A stretch of 64,000 bases of DNA from positions 56,730,001 to 56,794,000 of the forward strand of contig OZ024747.1 of assembly GCA_964016885.1 (NCBI GenBank), in the 5' to 3' direction. Positions 52,514 through 64,000 of the stretch are shown piece after piece. This DNA is from Eledone cirrhosa. Taxonomy: Eukaryota. The notes beneath the pieces are model-generated. The model made no database searches. It worked only from the letters and a program-made list of their open reading frames with translations, and was not told the origin of the DNA. The position numbers were made by a program, and so were the translations under genes. Each line of letters opens with the position of its first letter. Within the stretch, counting starts at the first letter, position 1.

Positions 52514-52671
52514 GATTAATATTAAGAAAAATTAATAATATGAAGAGTTAAAATTTGAGATTTGAAAATTCAAGTATAAAATTCATTATATATGTATATA
52601 TATATATATATATACATATATATATACATATATATACATATATATATACATATATATACATATATATATAC

Positions 52672-52704
<33 letters not shown>

Positions 52705-52757
52705 AATATATATATATAAATAAATATATATATATAAATAAATATATATATATATAA

Positions 52758-52816
<59 letters not shown>

Positions 52817-52867
52817 AATATATAAATATATATATAAATATATATAAATATATATATATATCTATAA

Positions 52868-52948
<81 letters not shown>

Positions 52949-53124
52949 TTCCAGAAATATAAAAAAGGATATAAGAAGAAAAGAAAAAATGGAAAATATA
53001 AAAACATGAAATATGAATGCGATAGGAGGAAAAATAATACAATTATATTATACAGAGGATTTAATTCATATTGTAAAAAGAAAGAAGTATATAACTTAAA
53101 AGTCCAAAATAAAACAAACAATAA

Positions 53125-53177
<53 letters not shown>

Positions 53178-53224
53178 TTGGTAGTAGTAGTAGTGGTAGT
53201 AGTGGTAGTAGTAGTAGTAGTAGC

Positions 53225-53306
<82 letters not shown>

Positions 53307-53457
53307 ATAATAATAATGATTGTCTATTTTTCATTTTCCATTATTGTAATTTTTTTTGTGGTTTCTGTAATTATTAGTTAAGAGAAAATAAAATTATTGC
53401 TAGATTTACTTGCAGAATTTACCATATTGGTGTGTATGTATTTATATATATATATAT

Positions 53458-53795
53458 ATGGAGGCACATGGCTTAGTGGTTAGAGCATTGGCCTTGCAAT
53501 CGAATGGTTGTGAGTTCAATTCTCAGACCGGGTGATGTGTTGTTTCCTTGAGCAAGACACTTTATTTCACATTGCTCCAGTTTACTCAGCTGTAGAAATG
53601 AGATGATAGGGACTGGGGTCCATATCATTCCACTGCAAAGTGGTCGTGGAGGTGCCACGGAAAAAAAGCACCCAGCACTCACTGTAAATGAGGTTGGTGT
53701 TAGGAAGGGCATCCAGCTGTAGAATTCAAGCCAGCATCAGTTCCCGTCTCACCCATGCAAGCAGGGAAAAAGCGGACGTGAAATGAAATGAATGA
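53458..53795 (+). mobile_element. SINE family A, full length
   Basis: Near-identical to the 20319 copy. Confidence 0.9.
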
Positions 53796-53812
53796 TATAT
53801 ATATATTTATAT

Positions 53813-54028
53813 AATGAAGGAAATGTGGTACAGAACCAGATGGACCATAACGCACCAAAGTACTCAATACTTAGGGTAGTAGAGTGGGTAATAGGAACGA
53901 GTAGGACCCCGACGGCTGAGCTCAAGCCGTTTTGATGGCTAATTCTGGTCTAAATTCTGGACTAAATTTAGTCCCGAATTAACCGTCAAAACGGCTTGAG
54001 CTCAGCCGTCGGGGTCCTACTTGTTCCT
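53813..54028 (-). mobile_element. half-hammerhead element with palindrome (copy 3)
   Basis: Fold-back centred on GGACTAAATTTAGTCC; inverted arm ends at GTTCCT-(AT)n. Confidence 0.75.
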
Positions 54029-54045
54029 ATATATATATATATATA

Positions 54046-54715
54046 TAGGTAAACTAACAGGAAAGGAAAATTTCATATGTAGTATATGTTCATCTAAAAT
54101 TGCTAGTAGCAGTGTCTGTGATAGGCACATTTTTAAAATGCAGGTAGGATCTAAAGAGGTGGTTGATAGCTTCCAATATCTAGGTGATCTGATTAGCAAG
54201 AGAGGAGGATGCTCCGGGGCGTTAAAATCTAGAATAAGGACATTTGTGTATTATTCTATGTACTATATTGACGAGTTGTAGTGCACCTGAGCACTTTACA
54301 CAATAATTTCATTATATATATAAGTATAGGGAGCTACTTCCTCTATTGACAATGAAGGGTTTCCCTCTATGAACAAAAGGTCGGTTGTATGATACCTGTG
54401 TGAGATGTGTGATGCTGCATGATATTGAGACATGGGCAGCAACTGCAAAGGATATGCAAAGGCTGGAGAGAAATGAAGCAACCATGTTCTGATGGAATTG
54501 CAATGTCAATGTACATGAACAACCAAGCATGGACGAGTTGAGAGTAAAACTGTGTATAAGAGGAATGAACTATAGTGTGAAGGAGAGAGGACTGCGTTGG
54601 TATGGTCATGTGATGTGCTTGGAAGTTGACCGCTGGATAAAGAAGTGCTAAGAAATCCCAGTGGATGGAAGACGCAGTTGAGGAAGATGACAAAAAATAT
54701 GGACAGAGGTGGTCT
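54046..54715 (+). mobile_element. degenerate RTE-clade LINE fragment (PHD-bearing lineage)
   Basis: GKLTGKENFICSICSS...VDSFQYLGDLISKRGGC and RLRWYGHVM motifs. Confidence 0.8.
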
Positions 54716-55074
54716 TATTATAATAAGAGTACTGTCTGTCTGTCCATCTATCTGTCTGTCTGTCTGTCTGTCCATCCATCACACTCACCTCATATAGAGA
54801 GAGGGAACATAGATAGAAAGAGAAAAGGGAACACTGTGTGTTTTCGAGGTGACAGAAAGAGGTAGATAGAGAGAAAGTTATGACGTCGCCCTCGTCTGTA
54901 TAAAGAGAAAGGCGGAGCACAAAGCGAAAGAGATGTATGTATATATAGAGAGAAAAGAAACGTCATTTGTTTAGAGAGAGAGTGAGTGAGTGAGAGAGTG
55001 TGTGTATGTGACAGAAAGAGGGAGATGTCACCCTCATCTAATAATAATAATAATGGTTTCTGATGTAAACACAA

Positions 55075-55310
55075 AGTCAACAATTTTTGGGGGAAAAGGG
55101 AAAGTTGATTAAATCAACCCCAGTGCATTACAGGTACTTTATTTTATCAACCCCGTAAGGATGAAAGGCAAAGCTAACCTCGGCGGGATTTGAACTCCGA
55201 GGTAAGCTTTGTCTTTCGTCCTTACGGGGTTGATAAAATAAAGTACCTGTAATGCGCTGGGGTCAATTTAATCGACTTTCCCCTCCACCAAAAATTGCTG
55301 GCCTTGTGCC
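55075..55310. repeat. head-to-head inverted pair of family-B SINE 3' halves
   Basis: About 55075-55183 is the reverse complement of about 55197-55310; spacer is a B-box remnant. Confidence 0.85.
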
Positions 55311-55537
55311 ATCTAACCCATGCTAGCGTGGAAAATAGACATTAAACAATGATGATGATGAATATGCAAATATGCACACATACTTACATTAATTTATTTC
55401 TCTGCAATATATACAATACATTTTTTTCATTCTCCTCAATATTGTTTTAGTATATTAACCTCTTAGCAGCTTTTGCCTTTTAGCTGTATTAATAGGAATT
55501 AAACAAAAAACAACTAATTTCACTGGCACCCCGCCCC

Positions 55538-55578
<41 letters not shown>

Positions 55579-55854
55579 ATATATTATATATATATATAAT
55601 GATGATAATGATGAGGATGATTATATGCAGAAGAAGAGGAGAAAGAAGATTATATAAGCTTATTTATTTGGCATCATTTTCTGTTATAATCTGTTCAAGA
55701 GTATTATTTTTTCCCTTTTTTAATTATCATTAGCAATATCATCATTTTTAAAATTATGTTTTTTTTCTCGAGCGTTTAACTACATATAAATGTGTATGTG
55801 TATGTATGTGTGTACATTTACATGTTTGGCTATGCATGTATGAGTATATTCATT

Positions 55855-56420
55855 ATCGCGTGATGCGTATGAAGGATGACGGCTGCATAAAAAGGTGCAG
55901 AACACTGAAAGTCAATGGAAGCCTTGGTGTGGGAAGACCCAGGAAGACGTGGGATGAGGTGAAAAAAGCTGACCTTGTCCAATTGCACCTTCCAAAGGCG
56001 ATGACACGGGACTGAGATCTCTGGCATTATGCAGTAATACAGAAGACCCGACTTCTCACGGGCACAGGACAAAGCTGAAGCATACATACAGTATGCCCCA
56101 CCCTCCCACTGTATAGTGATCATGTAAGTATTACAATAAAAAGCACCGAGCTCACACTCTAAAGTGTTTGTGTAGATGTCACACCAGAAAGCATCCAGTC
56201 TACACTGTAAAGTGGTCGTACAAGCCTCACAGCAAAAAAGAACCCAGTACTCACTGTAAATGAGGTTAGCATTACAAAGGGCATTTAGCTGTATAAACCA
56301 AGCCAAAATCAAATCTGTATAAGCAAGGCATGGTCATCTGACCTAGCATTGCCCACAACAGGACAACTCGTCCAACCCATGCTAGCATGGAAGAATGGAC
56401 GTAAAACGGTGATGATGGTG
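55855..56420 (+). mobile_element. RTE-clade LINE 3' end (related subfamily)
   Basis: VMRMKDDGCIKRCR...GVGRPRKTWDEV, then a UTR with repeated tail motifs and (ATG)n. Confidence 0.85.
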
Positions 56421-56953
56421 ATCATCATCATTTAACATCAATTGTCCCTGGTAGAAAGTGTTGCTAGGTCTTCATTCATGAAGTCAGTGCTAAAACGGAC
56501 CCTTTGACCTCCCAGAATGTCAGGAGACCCACATCACTCTTACATACATTATTGTGCTCTACCAACTGTATTATATAATGACACCAGTACTAGAGAGGTT
56601 GTTATGTCTGTGTCATAATTGTTTGGCAGGCTTTCTATGGCTAGATGCGTTTCCTATCACCAATCACTTTCCAGCATGTACTAGGTGCATTCCCGTTAAT
56701 GAAAAGATATTCCTCTCAACATATTCTTGCAGAAGATGGCTTTTAAAATAATCATTTTCACATTTCTAATATTGGACATACTCAGCAGGTTGGTACATTT
56801 TTACAGATTCCAATGTATATACAGATACGAACAAATACAGTCTCACCCACCTCACACACACCCATACACACACACACCACACATATATATATATATATAT
56901 ATATTTATGAAAGTAAAACAAAGAAGCCTTCAATACATCAAAAGCCTTTATTA

Positions 56954-56991
56954 GCCAACAATGTTTCATCCTATTAAGGACTCATCAGGGC
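56954..56991 (-). ncRNA. minimal type I hammerhead ribozyme
   Basis: gcc-CTGATGA-gtcct taat aggat-GAAA-cattg-TT-ggc, in a ~120-bp insert (56905-57027) between (TA)n tracts. Confidence 0.8.
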
Positions 56992-57227
56992 AATTAAAAC
57001 AACAAGAAGTATTATCGGCCAATACAATATATATATATATATACTTCGTTTTTGAATTTGGTTTGCAAGATTTCTTATATGAAAACCTGTGTTAAAATAG
57101 ATATTGTTGTACTTTGGGAGGGTCATGCTGCCATTGAAAACACACCCACTAGTTGGATTTCACTTCAATCTATTATAAATTTCCGTTTGGTTGGTTGGTT
57201 CGATAGCCGGATGGTTATTTATATATT

Positions 57228-57270
57228 GTCAAAGCTCTTTCGTCACACATTCTGTGGCCTCCTCAGTGAC
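57228..57270 (-). ncRNA. type I hammerhead ribozyme (left arm of palindrome)
   Basis: Reverse complement of 57385-57427. Confidence 0.72.
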
Positions 57271-57384
57271 TGATTTCTTATTTTGTGTCTCTCCTTTGTT
57301 CTGTCCTACACCATCTTTTTTTTTTTTACACAAAAACAAGATAGTGTAGGACAGAACAAAGAAGAGACACAAAATAAGAAATCA

Positions 57385-57427
57385 GTCACTGAGGAGGCCA
57401 CAGAATGTGTGACGAAAGAGCTTTGAC
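57385..57427 (+). ncRNA. type I hammerhead ribozyme (right arm of palindrome)
   Basis: gtca-CTGAGGA-ggccaca gaatg tgtgac-GAAA-gagc-TT-tgac. Confidence 0.72.
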
Positions 57428-57546
57428 AATATATAAACAACCATTCGGCTATTGAATCAAACAACCAGAAATTTATAATAAATTGAAATGAAAACCAACA
57501 GGTCCATGTGTTTTTATTGGCAGCATGACCCTCCCAATGTATAACA

Positions 57547-57605
<59 letters not shown>

Positions 57606-57662
57606 AATATATATATATGTGTGTGTGCGTGTATGTATGTATGCATGTATGTATGTATATTG

Positions 57663-58270
57663 TGTCAGGTCACCAGTTGGTGCTACTGGTAACATGTATC
57701 CCAGTACAACCTGTCTCATGGTCGGGTCGTTGGCGACTAAACTGGCAACCCCACCAAGGTTTCTTGGTGAGGAGGGTGACTTTGGACATCCTGCAGGACT
57801 AAAAACAAAACCTGTCAAAGGGCAAAGGAGCTCTTAAGAGTCAATGGCCATCCAAAATCACAGGGAGAGATGACCCCTTAGCCTTTGTCAAGGCAGAATT
57901 CTAGGAGAAGGAAAACTCTGATATAACACCTGCAACCCTGATGGTATCCAATGATGTTGAATTGTTCTTCTTTTTGGTAAATATCATCTTGGTTAAGAGA
58001 GTGGGACTGGCTTTGTGCAGTGCCTTTGCTCACTATAAAAGCTTCACAGCACAGGCATTGCTTTATATCTGGAGATCTCTCTGCACTTGTCGTCACATGG
58101 TACCATGGGCCCAGCACTATGTGTCAATAATTGTCACAGGTGTAGTGTTTGTACCAGAGTTTTCAAGTCGCTGGCTGGACTAAAAAGTCACACTCGTTCA
58201 GCGCATTGGTAGTTCTCCTACATGGATATAAAGTAGTGGCCATACTCGAAAACGAGTTGGCAGCCACCAT
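57663..58270 (+). repeat. interspersed ~600-bp non-coding repeat (copy 2)
   Basis: Near-identical to 5910-6467, with two short extra segments near the 3' end. Confidence 0.8.
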
Positions 58271-58289
58271 GTATGTATATACATATATA

Positions 58290-58491
58290 TAGGGTGGCCC
58301 CTGAAAGACTATAAAACAAAAATAACTTTTACAAACACATGGTTTTCTATTATTTTATTATTTTAGTTGGAAATATAAGTAATGGATTTTTCTCAGTATT
58401 ACATGTGAAAAACAAGGGATGCTCTATATCCTGCAAAAAAAAATAAAATATAAAAGATTGAAAACGAACAAGTTTTTCAGTGGCCACCCTG
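58290..58491. mobile_element. Tc1/mariner-type MITE
   Basis: TA-flanked TIRs AGGGTGGCCCCTGAAAGACT / AGTTTTTCAGTGGCCACCCT. Confidence 0.8.
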
Positions 58492-58525
58492 TATAAGCAT
58501 ACATGAATACATATATATATATATC

Positions 58526-58878
58526 ATGGAGGCACATGGCTTAGTGGTTAGAGCATTGGCCTTGCAATCGAAAGGTTGTGAGTTCAATTCTCAGACCGGA
58601 TGATGTGTTGTTTCCTTGAGCAAGACACTTTATTTCACATTGCTCCAGTTTACTCAGCTGTAGAAATGAGATGATAGGGACTGGGGTCCCTATCATTCCA
58701 CTGCAAAGTGGTCGTGGAGGTGCCACGGCAAAAAAGCACCCAGCACTCACTGTAAATGAGGTTGTTGTTAGGAAGGGCATCCAGCTGTAGAAATCAAGCC
58801 AAAATCAGTTCCTGTCCCACCCTTGCAAGCAGGGAAAAAGCAGACGTAAAATGAAATGATGATGATGATGATGATGAT
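58526..58878 (+). mobile_element. SINE family A, full length
   Basis: Near-identical to the 20319 copy. Confidence 0.9.
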
Positions 58879-59531
58879 CTGTCTGTGTGTGTGTCTTCAT
58901 ATTCTTATGTAAATAATCATAATCAACATTCTCCCTCTAATCATTCATCATCATAATTTTCTGTCTGCTCCTTTCATGTTGGTAGAATTTGGACAGCTTG
59001 TCACAGTTGGAATCAGTTACTATTCAAAGTTTCTACATGCCTAAACAGGGCTGAGGATCACATCATGTGCATACATTCCATTTTCGGCATGGAATAAATA
59101 TCCAACAGTGCTTGCATATTATGTTTTTAGGAAAATACTTAAAATTTTAAATCAAGTGCATGTACGCATGTATGTACTATTGTGACTAACAGGGTGCCAC
59201 AGGATGTCACAGATACCAGATTGGGAACAATTGGTCCATTGCATGAGTTGTGCTGTTGATTGGAAATTTTTTTGTGTAAGATTTGAGCTGTGCTAAACAG
59301 GGCCAGATTTAATAGGGGGCAAATGAGGCAATTGCCCCTCGAGTCCCTCACCAGCAATGACCATAGCAATTTATTTGTGCCCTGCACTGGGGTTTTTAGT
59401 TTTAAGATGGTTAGAAATTTTTAATTTAATATTCGTATGTATAACTTTTCAATTTCAATTACTTGCGCAAAGCTAACTTCGATATGTAAAATTGGGGAGA
59501 GGAGGTGCGGTGTGTTCTAAATTTTTATGTA

Positions 59532-60005
59532 TATGGAGGCACATGGTTAGAGCATTGGCCTTGCAATCGAAAGGTTGTAAGTTCTATTCTCAGACCGGGT
59601 GATGTGTTGTTTCCTTGAGCAAGACACTTTATTTCACATTGCTCCAGTTTACTCAGCTGTAGAAATGAGATGATAGGGACTGGGGTGCCTATCATTCCAC
59701 TGCAAAGTGGTCATGGGGGTGCCAATCAAAGTGATTCACTAGTTATTTAGAACACTATGTACAGAAGACCCAACCCCCCACAGGAACAAGCCGAAGCTGA
59801 AGCATATAGACAATATGCCCCCACACCCTCCCACTGCAAAGTGGTCGTGGAGTACCACGGCAAAAGAGCACCCAGCACTCACTGTAAATGAAGTTGGTGT
59901 TAGGAAGGGCATCCAGCTGTAGAAATCAAGCCAGAATCAGTTCCCGTCCCACCCTTGCAAGCAGGGAAAAGCAGGTGTAAAATGAAATGAATGAAATGAA
60001 ATGAT
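59532..60005 (+). mobile_element. SINE family A, long variant with extra 134-bp RTE-like segment
   Basis: CCACTGCAAAGTGGTC occurs at 59697 and 59831; the intervening sequence matches the RTE end at 56040-56110. Confidence 0.85.
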
Positions 60006-60425
60006 GGGGCTCCCCAAACCTAAAGTGCTCCACCCTGCAAGGTCTAAATACAGCAAATGTTTTCTGGTCTAGATCTCCAAGCTGCTTTAGTTCTTTTCTA
60101 GTCACATTGTTGTTACTTTGTTATAGTTCTCCATCTGTATGAAGCCTCATACTTTTTATGTATAGGCTATGTATATCTTATATATATATAATATGTTTTA
60201 GTATGTCTCACTGTGGAACAGAAATTTTATTTCGGTTTAAGCACTTCAATTAACTTTAGTTTATTATGCTGAAACTGTAGTTTATCACTAGGATGGCTAG
60301 AGTATTTATGTCTATTATCTTACTTTTAAATTTGAGTTTATTTTTTTCTATATTATTACATATATATATATATATATATGAACACATTTACACAAACATA
60401 TGCATGCACACACACATATATATAA

Positions 60426-60528
<103 letters not shown>

Positions 60529-60569
60529 AATATACATATGCATTTATATATATATATAAGTATATGTAC

Positions 60570-60619
<50 letters not shown>

Positions 60620-62598
60620 GTATATGTATATATATAATATGTATATATATATATTTTTTCTTCACCTTATTTTTCTAATTTAAGTATATATCTGTCTAAC
60701 TAATAATATTTTCCCTCGTGGTGTTTCAGTGTTTCATTTTAAACTTTTATGATTACTTTTTACTATTTCCTCAGACTTGGCATTTTTATAATATGAAAAA
60801 AAAAAATCAACATTTTTTTCTCTCTCTTCTTTTATCTTTAAATATTTCCAAACATCAAATAACTAAAATAATAAGAGAAAAAATATTAAGTTAAGAAAAT
60901 ATCTTAAGAAGAACCCAAAAATTCACATGAAAAAAAATTAAGAAAATAATAAGACAAAAAATTAAATAAGTAAAATAAAATTAGAACAAGAAGAAAAAAA
61001 ATAATGTCTTTAGTTCTTTGAGATCCTTTGAGGCAAAATATATAATATATGTTGTTGCTTTTGTTGTTCTGTTTCTCGTTGTCATCGATGTTGTGTTGTT
61101 GTTGTTGAAGTTATTGCTGTTGATGCAGTTGTGGTTGCTGTAGTGGTTGTTGTTGTTGTGGCGGTGGTGTGTTGCTGCACTAGTTGTTGTTGTCAATGTT
61201 GTTATATATGCTTCCTCTTATGTTGTATCTGTGTAAGTGTGAGACTAGGCTAAATGTGAATTGAAATATAAGAATACAAATATGTTGTAGATGAATATAT
61301 ACATACATATAAATCATTGTCATCATCATTTAGCTTGTTTATCCTGCTAGCAAAGGCTGGACGCATCGTCACAGACCAGTTCAGTACTCAGGTGTAGCTA
61401 TTGACCACTCAGATGGGCTGAGGGCCTACATCTTCCTTATTCTACTGATAGCATTTTATTGACACCAAAAATAGGGAAGTTGTTATGCATTTGATATGTT
61501 TGGCAAGCCTTCTATGGATGGATGTGTGTGTTTGTCTTCATATATGTTTAGAAAACACTTGGACATTGATGTATATTTATGCTTGGCACAAACAGTATTC
61601 TCAGCTGTTCAACTTGCAAAGACCAGTAACACACTAAAAACAAGTAAGCGTTGATATAACAAAGGGCAGACAACCCGAAAAATGATGTGATTATATGTCT
61701 TAACCCAGCCACCATGTCATCATATACAAGTGGACAGAGAAACAATAATAATCAGGAGGTTGCTGATGATAATAGAAGTTTGTATTGTGCAGTGACAAAA
61801 ATTTGGGTTTTCATACATTTTCAGTTTGGTACTAAGCCTCTTGTTTTCACTAAAGAAATATACAATATATAAATAAACATATCAGATATATATATGTACA
61901 TATTTATTTCTTTTGCGTTGATGGTTATATTTCAGATTTTGTTTGTAATAAAAGTAAGAAAAATCTTCAGATTTTTAAGACTACACATTGTGCCTCAAGT
62001 GATTCAAATAAGATTTGTATCTGATGATCTATATCCAAAAATACAATGATAAAAGATGAACAAAGATTTTGAATACATAAGGATATGGAAAATTTAAGAC
62101 AAACTACATATGAAGAAGACAAATAAGTGATAGGATTAAGCATAGGATGATCTAATTTTATAGAATATAGAATGTATGAGTATCATCATCATCATCATCA
62201 TCATCATTTAACATCTTCTTTCCCTAGTAGCAAGAGTATATGTGTGTGTGTCTGTGTGTTTGTGAGTGAATGTGTGTGTGTGTCTGTGTGTGTGTGTGTG
62301 TGTTGGTGTTTGTGTGTGTGTGTGCGTGTGTGTATGTGTTTTTATGTGTGTTTGTGTGTGTGTGATGAAAGGCAGTAGTTTGAAGTTTCAACATGGCTGT
62401 TTCATCTGACAGCCAGGTAAAATAATCAAGTTGAAATGCAAAAGCCACTTTTGACTTAGAAAAGAAAAAACTATACACTCCACCTACAAGTATTGAGTGC
62501 TCATTCAGTTAATGTTTCAATAGTACAATGATATCTAAAATACCCATTCTAAGATATATATATATACACAGACACACACACACACACATATATATATA

Positions 62599-62942
62599 CG
62601 GAGGCACATGGCTTAGTGGTTAGAGCATTGGCCTTGCAATCGAAAGGTTGTGAGTTCAATTCTCAGACTGGGTGATGTGTTGTTTCCTTGAGCAAGACAC
62701 TTTATTTCACATTGCTCCAGTTTACTCAGCTGTAGAAATGAGATGATAGGGACTGTGGTCCCTATCATTCCACTGCAAAGTGGTCGTGGAGGTGCCACAG
62801 CAAAAAAGCACCAGAGCACTCACTGTAAATGAGATTGGTGTTAGGAAGGGCATCCAGCTTTAGAAATCAAGCCACCATCAGTTCCCGTCCCACCCTTGCA
62901 AGCAGGGAAAAAGCGGACGGAAAATGAAATGAAATGAATGAA

Positions 62943-62946
<4 letters not shown>
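62599..62946 (+). mobile_element. SINE family A, full length
   Basis: Near-identical to the 20319 copy. Confidence 0.9.
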
Positions 62947-62976
<30 letters not shown>

Positions 62977-63060
62977 AAAGGTAAACAGAAATAACAACAC
63001 AATCGGTACAGTATATGGAAGGGATATATTAGGTTAACACTTGATATAGCAGGAAGAGAA

Positions 63061-63095
63061 CCTTAACGTTTCGGACGCTAGTTCTTCATCAGAAG
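63061..63095 (-). ncRNA. minimal type I hammerhead ribozyme
   Basis: ctt-CTGATGA-a-gaac tagc gtcc-GAAA-cgt-TA-agg; palindromic AACGTT; one mismatch in stem II; element spans 62973-63100. Confidence 0.7.
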
Positions 63096-63120
63096 AAAGT
63101 ATATATATATATATATATAT

Positions 63121-63311
63121 AACGAAGGAAATGTGGTAAGGAACCAGGTGGACCATAACGCACCAAAGTACTCAATACTTAGGGTAGTAGAGTGGGTAAT
63201 AGGAACCAGTAAGACCCCGACGGCTGAGCTCAAGCCGTTTCGACGGCTAATTCTGGACTCAGAATTAGCCGTCGAAATGGCTTGAGCTCAGCTGTCGGAG
63301 TCTTACTGGTT

Positions 63312-63314
<3 letters not shown>
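63121..63314 (-). mobile_element. half-hammerhead element with palindrome (copy 4)
   Basis: Fold-back centred on TCTGGACTCAGA; inverted arm ends at GGTTCCT-(AT)n. Confidence 0.75.
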
Positions 63315-63364
<50 letters not shown>

Positions 63365-64000
63365 AAAACAAAGCAACCAAGATTGTTAATTGTACTTCTA
63401 ATTGACCGACATATTTTTAGCCAGGCTTTATTTTGCCAAACATATAGTTGTTTTCTCAACTTTTCTGAACTTGAGTTAGTCTAGCTTAGTGTTCGACCTG
63501 ATTGAATATATTGATTTTTTGTAGTATTGTAGCAACATGCTTTTGGTTGCCTTATTCTTGGTGTCACCCTTTATTAACTTTTTGTGTACTTTGGGTTGAA
63601 ATGTATCAATTCCCCACTTCATTCAATGCTTTGTGACTGCCGCTTATAATTCAATGAACATCTGCTATTGTGCCGCTACAACTTCAGTTATACTCATTAT
63701 CATACACATACACTAGGGTGGTGAATTGGCACTATTGGTAGAGGGTCGGACACCATGCTTTCCAGCGTAGTTACGTCCCTTTACGGTCTGAGTTCAAATC
63801 CCGTTGAGGTTAACTTTGCCTTTCATCCTTACAGGGTCGATAAAATAAAGTACCAGTAATGTACTGGGTAATTGCTGGCCTTGTGCCAAAAGTAGAAACA
63901 ATTATTATACACACACACACATATATAACAAAACCATCCAACCTATGCTGGCATGAAAGATGGACGTTAAACAATGATGATGATGATATGTGTGTGTGTG

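Noticed and set aside
59297-60055. Possible hAT element starting CAGGGCCAGATTTA around the long SINE
   Set aside because: The right TIR is only partial (TAAATACAGC) and no target duplication was found.

Overview
Very AT-rich, microsatellite-saturated animal genomic DNA, either intronic or intergenic. The repeat content (long (TA)n tracts, tRNA-derived SINEs with (ATG)n tails, RTE-clade LINEs) is typical of an octopus/coleoid cephalopod; this assignment is an inference. No host protein-coding gene is supported, and nearly all listed ORFs are microsatellite or SINE artefacts. Recognisable coding remnants are RTE-clade LINE fragments (one of about 2.5 kb with a PHD-type finger inside the RT region), a deleted DD37D (maT-type) Tc1/mariner transposon and the C-terminus of a Penelope-like element. 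hAT-, piggyBac- and Tc1-type MITEs are also present. The main unexpected signal is about 20 type I hammerhead ribozyme (HHR) motifs, read by eye, from at least 10 unrelated short element families lying between (TA)n tracts. They include canonical cores, compensated U3-A8 cores and position-4 variants. They occur as fold-back palindromes with a ribozyme on each strand, as 650-700 bp retrozyme-like units with terminal direct repeats, and as a four-copy family broken or folded back at the stem II apex. All structures were paired manually; none was computed or tested.
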